Origin: Octopus vulgaris
Taxonomy: Eukaryota
Direction of reading: 5' to 3'
Assembly: GCA_951406725.2 (NCBI GenBank)
Contig: OX597822.1
Location: 18,042,001-18,106,000, forward strand
Length of the DNA: 64,000 bases
Part shown: piece by piece, positions 46,947 through 59,305 of the stretch
Position numbering within the stretch: the stretch's first letter is position 1
How the letters are laid out: each line of letters begins with the position of its first letter
Made by a program: the position numbers and the translations under genes
The notes under the pieces: model-generated
What the model was told of the DNA's origin: nothing
Databases searched by the model: none
What the model saw: only the letters and a program-made list of their open reading frames with translations

Positions 46947-49233
46947 GATTGATTGATTGATTGATTGATTCCAGTTCCAGCCTGTGAGCTGTGGCCATGC
47001 TGGGGCACCGCCATTTGGTGTTGCTACTTGGTTTTTACTTCATGGGGGCTTTCTAGCAACTGCTATTTGGTGCATGAGAGAGTTCGATGCAGCTGCCCTC
47101 ATCTGCCCCTCCTGCCGTGAAGTTGGTTCATCTGGGACACCAGACAGGAAGAGATCCAGCTTCATTTTAAAGACATCTGTATCCACCCCATGCAGGTCTC
47201 TCAGGTTCTTCGGGAGGATATTGAAGAGCTGTGGGCCTCGGAAGCCCAGGCTATCACAGAATCTTGTCCTACATCTTGATGGCAGGTTTGGAGTCCTAGG
47301 CACCACGCAGTGGCGCCCAGTTCTGGCATTTGTGTAACTCTCGATGCCAAAGTTCAGGACACTTCCCTCCAGGATCTTCCAGATGTATATTATGGCATAT
47401 CTTTCCCGCCTACGCTCCAGGGAGTATAATTTTAATCTCTTGAGTCTTTCCCAGTAAGCTTACATTCTGCATAGAGGCTATCTTCTTTGTGTAGCTTCGT
47501 TGGATCGCCTCAAGTTCTGTGATCAACTTGACACTGGATGGTGACCATAGCTGAGAGCAATAGTCAAAGTGGCTTAGGACAAGTGTCTTCCAGAGGACCA
47601 TCATGGTTTCTTGTTCTCTTGTTCTAAAGGTTCTAAGAATCCAGCCAGCCAGCCGTCTACATTTCACTGTCAGTTTAGCAACATGTACATGAAAGGTCGC
47701 GTCATCACTCATGTGAATACCCAGGTCACGCACTGATTGTGCCTCTGGGATTGCAATCCCTCCGGGTCCAGTGTATTCATTGGGTATTGCATTCAGTTTT
47801 GCATGCTGATAGTATAAAGCTTGAAACTTTCCAGCATTGAACTGCATGCTATTCTTTTCAGCCCACTTGTATATTTCGTCCAGCTCACATTGCAGGTTTT
47901 TAGTGTCCTCAGGGTTCTGTATTGCCTGTGAGACTTTTGTATCATCTGCATAACTTGTGATCGTGCCTGTGAAACATTATGAACAGTTTTGTATCATCTG
48001 CATAACTTGTGATCTATGTTGAGATCACGCAGTGTGATCATTCTGCGTGGCTGAGGGCATGTCTGAGAGGGCCATTATGAACAGTAGTGGTCCCAAAACA
48101 GTGACCCTCAGGAACACGAGATAGGTCTATAGTTCTTGGCTTCCGCTCTGCTACCTCCTTTATGAATGGGGCATATTTTACCTTCCTTCAGTTTTCCTGG
48201 AAGTTTGCCAGCTGCAAGGAAGCTCTGAAAGAGGAACTGCAGTGGTCTTGCTAGGACTCTCTTACATGCTTTTAGGAGGATTGCCGGGAATCCATCGGGG
48301 CCAGTAGCTGAGTCTGTTTTCATTTCATCTATAGCCTTGGTTACATCGTCTTCCTTTATATCGATGTAATCTATCGTCGCCGCCTCTGATTTTATATCTG
48401 CAGTGGTAAAAAAGTCAGTTGGATTGGTGATTTGGAGATGCCCAAGGGGTGGAGTGAAAACACTCTTGAATTGCTCATTCAGTATTTCACTTACCCTCAT
48501 TGGTTTTCCAGTAAGTGTGCCATCCTTTTCAAGGAGTGGCCCTATTCTACAGTGCACTGTAGCTGTTTCTTTGGCATACCTGTAGAAAGCTCTGGGGTTA
48601 GATTTTATGTTTTCTATAGCCCAGGCTTCTTTGTCTGCTCTTTCTTTTTCATGGGAGAGTTGCAGACATTTTTCGATTTCCAACAGTTTTATTTTTAGGC
48701 GGGACTTTTCACTGCTTTCAATCTGTTTGTTTAGGCGATTTGAAAATTTCGTACGCCGTCTCATTAAAATTTTCCTCTCTCTGGGGATTTTGTTCTTGTG
48801 TACAGTGGCCTTTCTCTCTGGGACACATTTGTAGCATATGGCTTGCATTACAGACATGAATTGTTGAAGTTTCACATCGATGTCTGGCGAGGAGAGACAT
48901 TCAGGCCAGTTTTGTTTGAGGATCTCTTTTTCAATTTGTTTCCAGTTTGCCTTATGGTAGTTCAAGCTGGAAAGATTTTGAGGGTTTCTTGTAGGCTGCA
49001 TGTCCGTGCTCTCTTTTGGCCCGTACATGGTCAGCTCTATCATGTTGTGATCCGAGAGTAGTGTCGGTGTCACTTTCACATTATGGATGAGATCCATGTC
49101 ATTTGTGAAGCAGAGATCCAGTGTGTTACCTGCCCTGGTTGGTTGGAGTATTACCTGCTCCATGTACAGGGTGTTGATGAGGTTCAGGAGGGACCTCGCC
49201 TGTCCTCGTTCACATCTTGTCATTCCTGGGAGA
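46947..49233 (-). mobile_element. 5'-truncated CR1-group LINE (APE C-terminus + RT), internally deleted and frameshifted
   Basis: PTRAGNTLDLCFTN..SDHN (APE), GPDG, PIHKGG..NYRPIS, GVP.G.VLGPLLF, YADDTK, MQFNAGK, GVPDEP. Long open frames, a 3' stem-loop and an (AATC)n tail; flanked by (TA)n. Confidence 0.93.
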
Positions 49234-49355
49234 TATATATATATATATATATATAAAATGTTGCTTTTAATTTTATTTGTATTAAATTGTTTGCTATATT
49301 TTTATCATATTACAAATAAAATAAGTATCTACTAAATATTTTTTCTCCATTTTCT

Positions 49356-49419
<64 letters not shown>

Positions 49420-49481
49420 TATATATATATATATATATATATGTAGGTCCTGGTTGAGTCGGGGTATATACCATATATATG

Positions 49482-49695
<214 letters not shown>

Positions 49696-49815
49696 TCATT
49701 ATCATCATTTAACACCATGTGTACACACACACACAATGGGTGTACTGGGTGCTTTTTTTTTCACCTGGCACCAACACCCACACCATACAACATACCTGTA
49801 TCATAAACACATCCT

Positions 49816-49849
<34 letters not shown>

Positions 49850-50143
49850 GTGGGTGGGATATACAGATAGATATATGTGACCTGTGTGTAACCATACATC
49901 ATATAATATACATAATATTTAAAATTCTGTGTAGTCATTCTTACATTCTTCTTTGTTTCTTTTCTATCTTCCCATTCCTATCTTCCTTCCTTTCCTTCTG
50001 CCTTTCTATTCTTTCTCTTTCCTCTCACTCATTCATTCCTCTCACTCATTCATTCATTCTTTGCCTCTCACTTTTGTTTTCTTTTTCTATGTATTTTTTT
50101 ATTTATTTTGTTTGTCTCTTATCTCTTTTATATCCTTTTCTGT

Positions 50144-50982
50144 CACCACCAACACCACTACCACCATGCTACAGCCACCACCACCATCACTACCACCGGC
50201 AACACCACCACTACCTCCACCACCACAACAATAGCAACATACTGCTCACTGCCTCCACCACCACGACCACTACCACCACCGCCACCACTGCCACCATCAC
50301 CACCACTGTCCCCACCACCACCACTATCACCACAACCACCACTGCCACCAGCACTACCACATCCACTACCACAACCACTACCACCACAACCACTACCGCC
50401 ACGACCACTACGACCACAACCACTACCACCACAACCACTACCGCCACGACCACTACCACCACAACCACTACCACCACGACCACTACCACCACAACCACTA
50501 CCACCACGACCACTACCACCACAACCACTACCACCACGACCACTACCACCGCCACCACTACCACCACAACCACTACCACCACAACCACTACCACCACGAC
50601 CACTACCACCACTGCCACCATCACCACCATCACCAGCACCACCACTGCCATGACGACCACCACTATTACCACCACTACCACCATCACCACCACCACTATC
50701 ACCACAACCACCACTGCCACCAGCACCACCACAATCACCACTTGCACCACCTCCACTACCACAACCACTACCACCACCACCCCACCACATTGCAACAATA
50801 CCTCTGCTGTTGCTGCCAGTACCTCTACCACTACCACCACAACTACAACCACCACCACAACTACTACGACGACGACCACCACCACCACCACCATGACCAC
50901 CAACACCATCACTATCAACTCTATCACTACCACTGCTATCTCAACCACTATCACCACTACCACCACCACCACCACCACCACC
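50144..50982. repeat. Degenerate (ACC)n repeat with 15/30-bp higher-order periodicity
   Basis: accacaaccactacc / accacgaccactacc alternation at ~50370-50610. Confidence 0.95.
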
Positions 50983-51430
50983 ATTCTGCTTGTACTTCCT
51001 TGATATATTTTTTTCATTTATATATCTTTCATTATTTTTTCCTTTCTGCCATTAGTTACAGTACACACAGTACCCACGCCCTCTGACACCTCACATTCTC
51101 CCATACACCCCACAACACCCAACCATCTCAACCCAGCCTCCACCCCCCACCCCCACCGCAATCCCACCTTACTCCCTTTTTTGTGATCCTTAACAGGTAA
51201 AACAACTTTAGTTATTCTCATATAATTATTTGTATGTGTTTGTATACAAATGCGTTAAAACACACACACACACACACACACATATATATCGGCTCATTTG
51301 TTTAGACATGCACCATATGTATAATACATGCACTCACACACTCATATATACATTTACATATATATGCATACACACACACACATTATGTATGTATATGTAT
51401 ATGCATATATCTGCTGCATATATATATAAA

Positions 51431-51485
<55 letters not shown>

Positions 51486-51789
51486 TATATATATCAAACG
51501 TATATATACTGGCTTCCACCAAAAAAAATAGTAGACTGGCTTCCATGCCGGTGTAAAAAGCACCAACCGGAGTGGTTGCCAGCCTCGCCTGGCACGTAAG
51601 GGCATCCAGCTGTAGAAACACTGCCAGATCAGACTGGAGCCTGGTGCAGCCTCCTGGCTCTCCCAGCACCCTGTAGAACCATCCAACCCATGCTAGCATG
51701 GAAAACTGGACATTAAATGATGATGATGATGATGATCCAACCCATGATATACTACGGACATTAAACGATGATGATGTTTGATGATGATG

Positions 51790-52547
51790 ATATACACAGA
51801 TGTGGGAACTCATTTTGTTTGTATCGTGTTTATGGTACATAAAACATGTGATCTGGTATGAATTTTGATATATATATTATGACATATATTCGTGCCTGGA
51901 GACCTCATATGTATATTTATATATAGGGCCCTGGATAATAGGGCCCTGGAAGGGTATATATATAGCCAAGGGAAATAACCCATTCATTTTCCTAAATTAT
52001 GTCGTAAAAATGAAATTGAGTATGCTTATTTCTTAGTAATTGAACTGTTATTAGTTATATTTCACAATTTATGTTTGAACAAGTAAGCAGTATCTTGAGG
52101 TTAATATTCTCTGGGAACGCACAAAAGTCCTTTTCAGAGTTATTTACTTTGAATTGTTATTATCTCGTATCTGATTAGCCTGTTATAACATAACATGCTT
52201 CACGATTTTAGTATACATACCTTATTAGTATTTCCTCCTATGTTCCATATACTCTGGGAATGCATTAAAGCCATTTTGGGGGCTACTTTATTTGAATTCT
52301 TACTATTGGGTAACTAATTTCATGTTATTACATAAATGACTTCACAATTTGGGTATTCATAACTTATTAGAAATTTCTAAAAACAAGATCCTGTGTAAGA
52401 CAGTTCAGTATTCTCTGTAAATGCACAAAAACCGTTTTAAGGGCTACATACTTTGTATTGTTGTTATTGGATTGGTGAAACAATTATGAGAACGGAACCA
52501 AGGGATTAGCCCCACTTTCCTGGGAATTACTGGGTACATCAGCTAAT
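51790..52547 (+). mobile_element. Probable old Helitron with ~3 internal diverged ~150-bp tandem units
   Basis: Units start near 52105, 52249 and 52408 (tattctctgggaacgcacaaaag...tttgaattgttattat). The end cctgggaattactgggtacatcagctaat resembles a decayed hairpin-CTAG terminus. Confidence 0.45.
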
Positions 52548-53599
52548 ATATATATATTTATATATGTGAGAAATTAAAGTAAACACCTTTATGGTTGTTT
52601 GGAACCCTGTATTTGGTGTTACAAGTCCATATGAATGCTTAACCAAAATTGATTATCAGGAAACACTTTATTGCATTAGGTTAACAAGAACTAATGTTAA
52701 TATATAATAATTTGATTCTAATAGCTCATTCTAAGAATCCTTTTTTTCCTTTTAATCATGTCTGGAATCTTATGTTGTTCCTGTTTGAATATTTAGTGAT
52801 TATTTCATCCCTTTTGAAATTATGCCATTTAAAGAATAAAAAACAAATGAACCAGGTTAATGTTATATTCTGTTCTTTATATTTATAAATATGCTTGTGT
52901 AGCAACTTCATATTTTCACTCTGTAAAAGTTAGCCTCCGTTTAAGACTGGAAGCTATATTATTAATGGAAAGAATGTGGCAATTCCATAAAGCATTATAT
53001 AAACTGCTTGACATAGTTTTCATAAGGGGTAGAATCAGTTAAAGACTGACATTTATAAAACTGAAGATGTAAGAAATAAAATAGTGAAAACAAAGATAAA
53101 ATCAAGAAAATTGGATCTTTATATTTTTCTAATTTCAAAATTTGCCAAATTTTTAATTTTGTTTTCCACAATTTTCTTAATTTGTTTTTTTTTTTTTCAC
53201 ATTCAAAACATTGTCAAGCTGAATAATCTGCTGTTAATATTGTATCATAAATATTTAATTACAATCAAAAGTTTTCTTTAATTTTCTTTTTTTTTTTGCT
53301 TTGTTTCGTTTTGTGATTTTAGTTTTTCTAACTGTTCATTGTTGTATTAAACCAATTTGCATCTTGTTATAAAGTGTCAATAGGAAATGTATTCTATTGA
53401 AAAATAGAAACAGGATTTGGTTGTTACATAATCCCTCAAAAATGTAGATGCATATTTGCTAGAATAGATAACTTTTAAGGAAAAAATCTTTCTACAAGGA
53501 CTAATGCAAGATTTCTTTTAGGGAAGGGTGGTCATATGGTCATGGCTGGGTGGTTAAGAAGTTTTTCTTTTTTTTTGCAATTATGTGGTTCATCAATAT

Positions 53600-54830
53600 T
53601 TAAAACAGCCTTATATTGCAATATTTGTAGAATGTACCCCTGTCTGTTCTTGCAGTAATCTGCCAATATCTTTCTAAAAAGTGTTGTGTATCTTTTTAGT
53701 GGAACCAATTACATGATGAATAAAAGCTTTAAATCCCATCATGTTTTAATTTGAACAGAGATAATCCCTGTAATTCTTTAGATTTGCACAACAGTGTAAT
53801 CATTTGGTCTTACTACACTGATAATTAGTAGACTTATTAACATTTGTTGTCATGGAATATTATGTTAGCTTCATTATGCGCTGCTTTAGTTGATGATTTG
53901 CTTGTAGCCCAAAGTCCCTTCATTATTTTCCAAGAAGCTCACATGAGTACCACAAATCTCTTTTTCTTGCAACACTTAAAATTGGTTCCTGAAGCAAATG
54001 TAGAGCTGATTTACTATGTTATTAAATTGTCAACTATATTTTGCTGGGGCTAAACATCCGAATACATTAGAGTTTATTGCTTCTGAAAATACACGATACA
54101 AGGGACATTATGCATGTATAGTGAGGGAATTTTCCAATATTCCTTGCAGTATGTCTCAGTGTTTCTTTGTACAGTAATGTTACAAAACTGTACCTGAAAT
54201 TCAGGCTGGTTTTGTTCATCTTGATCGGAACTAGCTTTTGTATTTATAAGATCATTCATTTTGCAAATGTATCTTGTCCATATAAAAAACATACCTTTAT
54301 AGTTTTACTCTTTGGTCATTTTATCTACCATCAGTATATCTGTTTTTTGTTGCTGTCTTCTGTTCAGATTTTAGTGTTTCAAAATCTAATCCAATTTTCT
54401 TGGGAGAATTTTGTTGTTATGGTGATAATCGATTTACTATCTTTTGTAGGATCATAGTCAACAAGGAGGACAAGTAGCTGGCTTTCTTGTGAGTTTGAAA
54501 TGTAGCGGGCAATGCTAATATAAACAAATAAAATCCAAAGCCAAATTCTATAGAAACTAGTAATGGCTGGCAACAATAAAAATCCGTATTCTTGGAACTA
54601 CAATAAGCATTTTTAAAAAATGTTCTCCCTTTAACAAAGGACTTTCCTTGAAATATCCAAATTCCTTTCTTCCAATGGAATGACATACAAAGTTATTCAA
54701 AAGTTGCAAAATGCCCTAAACACTTCCCTGACAATCAATAGTTCCATGTTATTAGAGATGTGATATTAGTTTAGAAGATCTCTTATGCCATGGTCTGCAG
54801 ACTCCAAATTCATGATGTTCCAGTGAAATT
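53600..54830 (-). mobile_element. Possible very old CRE-clade non-LTR retrotransposon remnant
   Basis: Scattered minus-strand peptides in the expected order (LALPATF; CGTHV; AAHNEANII; KDIGRLLQEQTG) with many stops and frameshifts. Confidence 0.3.
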
Positions 54831-55639
54831 CTACAAAAACAATTTCTGGCTTGCATTACATTCCCATACACACCATTCTATCTGCATTTATACCCAAATA
54901 TTTATTAAAAAGTTTCATTCTGATTGTCTGTTCCATTTACCATTTTATTCTGCCTTCCATTCTCTCCACCAAATTTCAAATCATCATCTTGCCAGTCTCT
55001 GTCATTGCATTATCACCTTCCTGTGTTTTCAATGCATTCTTCACCTTCCTGTGTTTTCAATGCATTCTTCACCATCATAATCATCATCATCATTGCCTAG
55101 TGGTTAAGAAGTTAGATTCATAATCCTGATGGCCCAAGTTCACTCTTACTGCATGGTTCCATCAACAAGTGTCTTTTTACCTTGGATTAACGCAAGCTTT
55201 GTAAGTAAGACTGATTCGATAGAAACTGTTGGGAAGCCCACTGAATGGACTCTATCTGCGATGCTAATTGTCAGCTTTGTCACACACCTTACAACAGGGC
55301 CTTAATGGGGAAATAAACCTTCAAGTGACTTTCTTAATTACATAGCCTTGCCTAATTGAATAAATTCATTAATTACAGATTTCCAATGATCCAATGAAGG
55401 ATTGTATTTTCAACAGAGAAATTGACAGCAGTTTGGAGCCTGTTGGATGGGATGAGTAAAGTAAATGACGTCTTTCTGATTCTCTTCACAGTTGTTCTGT
55501 CAAATTACAGCCAAAGAAAAGCCATTTGTCATTGTTGTTGATCCATAGAAAATTACATGCAGGAGATAAAAAAAAATGTCTTTGGCTGAAGCTGATACAA
55601 GCAGAGTGGAAACTATAAATTTTATTTATTTATTTATTT

Positions 55640-55966
55640 ATTATTATTGTTGTTGTTGTTGCCTTTGCACAGCTTCTAACACTGGAAATGTACTACAGTG
55701 TCAGCGGTTCACTACCAGTGAACTAAGGTAACACCTCTTATTTTTCAAGTACCTTCCGGAGTATTCGAGCTTTTCCAAGCAGTGCTCTTTTCTGAAAGTG
55801 CTCCACCCTTATTCCATCCTCTATTTGTTCCACATACCTCTCAAGATTTTTGCTCGCTGTTCCCAGAGCTTCGGCAATTATTGGTATCACTACCACCTTT
55901 CCATCGACCACAACTGCTTAACCTCCCAAGCTAACCTGACATATCTCTCGACTCTTCATTATTATT
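55640..55966 (-). mobile_element. Dong/R4-clade 3' end (restriction-like endonuclease C-terminus + 3' UTR)
   Basis: VERYVRLAWEVKQLWSME..VVIPIIAEALGTASKNLERYVEQI...FQKRALLGKARILRKVLEK*; flanked by (TAA)n-type repeats. Confidence 0.85.
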
Positions 55967-56293
55967 ATTATTATCATTATATGTTTGGTCAACTTGCCTT
56001 AGTTTTCTTTTTTGTTTCATATACTTGTGTGCATATCATTGTGTGGATATTTTGTGTTGTATTTCAACATTGTATTCTCCTCAGTGTCTTAGGTCCTTCT
56101 GGCCAATAAAAGATGCCACCGTTTCTGTCGATGTTGTTGTTGTAAAAATGGAGGGTTGGCAGGATTGTTAGCCCTGTGGAGAAAGTGCTTAGCAAGATTT
56201 CATCTGTCTTCATGCTCTAAATTCAAATATAATTGACTTCTCCCCTCGCGCTAAATTCCAGACACTGTGCCTCCAGTAGAAAGGATTATTATT

Positions 56294-56579
56294 GAGGTCG
56301 TTGCCAGTGCTGCTGGACTGGCTCCTGTGCAGGTGGCACATAAGAAGCACCATTTGAGCGTGGCCATTGCCAGTACCGCCTGACTGGCCCTTGTGCCAGT
56401 GGCACATAAAAGCACCCACTACACTCTCGGAGTGGTTGGCATTAGGAAGGGCATCCAGCTGTAGAAACTCTGCCAGATCAGATTGGAGTCTGGCGCAGCC
56501 ATCTGGTTCGCCAGACCTCAGTCAAATCATCCAACGCATGCTAGCATGGAAAGCAGTTGTTAAACGATGATGATGATGA
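56294..56579 (+). mobile_element. RTE 3' UTR/tail
   Basis: Standard tail with (GAT)n. Confidence 0.87.
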
Positions 56580-56616
56580 TTATTGCTATAGTTATTGTTA
56601 TTTTTATTTTTATTAA

Positions 56617-57065
56617 GGTGGCAACCTGGCAGAATCATCAGCACATTGGACAAAATGCTGAACAGCATGTTGTCAATCTTTACATTCCGAGTTCAAATTC
56701 TGCTACGGTCAACTTTGTCTTTTATCACTTTGGAGTTGATAAAATACCAGACGTATACTGGGGTCGATGTAATCAACTAACCCCCCATTCTCCAAATTGC
56801 CGGCCTTGCACCAAAATGGGAAAGGATTACTATTGTTGTTGTTAAGGCAGTGAGCTGGCAGAATCACAACCCACTTCACAAATTGCTTAGCAATATTCTT
56901 CTTCTTCTTCTTCTTCTTCTTCTTCTACATTCTAAGTTTACATACCACCCAAAGTTGACTTTTGGCTTTCATCTTTCAGGGTTGATAAAATAAATACCAG
57001 TTAAGCATTGGGGTCAGTGTAATTCACTAGACCCTTCCCTCAAAGTTGATGGCATTGTTCCAATA
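56617..57065 (+). mobile_element. Two tandem decayed SINE family B copies (56617-56830, 56845-57065)
   Basis: Both start gg..g..ctggcagaatc and contain ttt.atc.ttt.gggttgataaaata. Confidence 0.75.
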
Positions 57066-57304
57066 TTATTGTTCTTCTTCTTCTTCCTCTGGTTATTATT
57101 ATTGTTATTGTTATTAATAGTAATAATAAACCTAGCAGAAGAAAGTGTTGGCAGATTAAGACTGTTGCAGCAATCTTCAAACCCAAGAACTAAAAGGAAA
57201 CCCAAGAACTAAAAGGAGATAAAACGCTTGGCATTTCATTGAGTTCTGCAAATAAGATAAAACGTTGAAATGGGAAAGAAAGAAAATATTACAGTCAATA
57301 GATT

Positions 57305-57470
57305 TTCTTCTTCTTCTTCTTCTTCTTCTTCTTCTTCTTCTTCTTCTTCTTCTTCTTCTTCTTCTTCTTCTTCTTCTTCTTCTTCTTCTCCTCCTCCTCC
57401 TCCTCCTCTTCTTCTTCTCCTTCTTTCTCCTCCTCCTCCTCCTCCTCCTCCTTCTTCTTCTTCTTCTTTC
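57305..57470. repeat. (CTT)n/(CCT)n polypyrimidine microsatellite
   Basis: Direct inspection. Confidence 0.97.
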
Positions 57471-59258
57471 ATCGTTGCTTTGCTAAATAAATTATAGAAT
57501 GTAGTGAAGAACTGATAAAACTGTTTTGCTAAACTACGAGAATATTAACTCCATATCTTGTATGGAATATAGGAAATTTTAACGAAATGATACGAAAATG
57601 TTTAGATCTTTTATATACATGTATGTGTGTGTGTATATGTATGTGTATAGATATGTACGTAATTTATACTTGTAAATGTGTGTGTGTATAATATATGTAT
57701 GGACAACTGCATAAAAGAAGCGGTGATTGTAGATGAAAGGTGAAGAGGGAGGAGGCCCAGGAAGACATGGGATGAAGAAGTGAAGATTGACTTTTGGATG
57801 TTGAGCATCTCAGAAGAAATGGCAAAAACCAGAGTTAACTGGCGATTTGCTATTTTTGAGGAGTCCTTAAAAAAATCTAGTTTTGTGTCTTCCCTCACAT
57901 TCATGCACTTTTGTGAGTTTATCTCATCCTCTCTCACTATCCCCCACACCTGCACCCCTGTTCCCATCCTCATATTCACCCTCTTTACCCCACCATCTTC
58001 TCTCCTTTTCCAACAGGGGTAGCCAAGTATCCCCTCTCCAGTAAAACACCTCTCCCTATATCATATACTTGCCTCTCAACACCTGGCATGAAGCCCCTCC
58101 CTTAATACTACACGAAAGGGCCTTGTCTAGCAAGTTACTCAGGGACCTGACTAGTGTTGGTGACACAAACAAAAGCACCCAGTACACTGAGTCAAGAGGT
58201 TGGCATTAGGAAGGGCTTCAAACTGCAGAAACCCTGTCGAAACAGGCAGTGGAGTTTGACACAGTTCTCTGACCTGCTGGATCCTATCAAATCATTCACA
58301 AACTTGCCAGCATAGGATACATGATGACAAATGTGAATGACGATGATAATATATTACACAAATATGTGTATATGTGTATCTCTTCATATATGTGTATTGT
58401 GTGTACATATATATGTGTGTATGTATGTCCATATATATGTGTGTATGTATGTCCATATATATGTGTGTATGTATATCCATATGTTTATATGAATCTACAT
58501 ACATTTATTAGTGTGTGTTTTTGTATGTGTGTACATTTCAAATTGACTTCAGTTCCAGAAATAAAAATAAACACCATCCACTTATTAATTCTTTCCAAAA
58601 TACATTCGCCAACTTTCACCACCGTCCGAAAAGCAATATTTTATTTCTCCACTCTTACTTTCATTACATGTAGCATCACATAATCACTCTTTCATTCAGT
58701 GTAACAAGCAAGTTAAAAGAAACAGGATATTGCCAAGAGATCAATTTATATAATTTGTTCATTTCATGATTATATGCTACTACTTTCAACTTATCTGCTT
58801 CTCCTCTTGCACTCAACAAATTTTTATCTTTTTACTATTTTACACAATAGGGTATCGGAAAATAAATAAAAAACAAAATTTAATCGGTTTCTATGATGTT
58901 TCTAACATCACATAGTGTTACTTAACAATTGAATGCTTTCAATCTCTTTTAACAACATTTTATTGCAAAAACATATAAGAGGATACATCATTGGATAATA
59001 AAGATATAATGACAGTTTAAACATTTAAAATAACCAAAATTATTGTAACTTACACAAAAGAGGTGCAGTAGCTGTAGAATTAAAGTGTTAAATTGAAGAA
59101 CTACCGAATAGGAAGCTCAATGTCCTACTCTGCCCATCAGATTGAATTCAGAATTATTAAAAGAAACAAAAGCCAAACTCATTTGTAAGGTCTGTGTAAG
59201 TGATTCAGTATTTCATAACAAGGTTTATATATTTGTACAAATATATTTATGTATGTGA

Positions 59259-59305
<47 letters not shown>

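Noticed and set aside
48108-49223. 371-aa ORF as a host gene
   Set aside because: It is the APE/RT part of a truncated LINE.
49819-51003. 394-aa mucin-like ORF
   Set aside because: Built from pyrimidine-rich low-complexity DNA and an (ACC)n repeat that is open in several frames; no gene structure seen.
55013-58480. Small tandem duplications (28 bp x2 at 55013, ~19 bp x2 at 57180, 24 bp x3 at 58408)
   Set aside because: Ordinary slippage products with no further structure.
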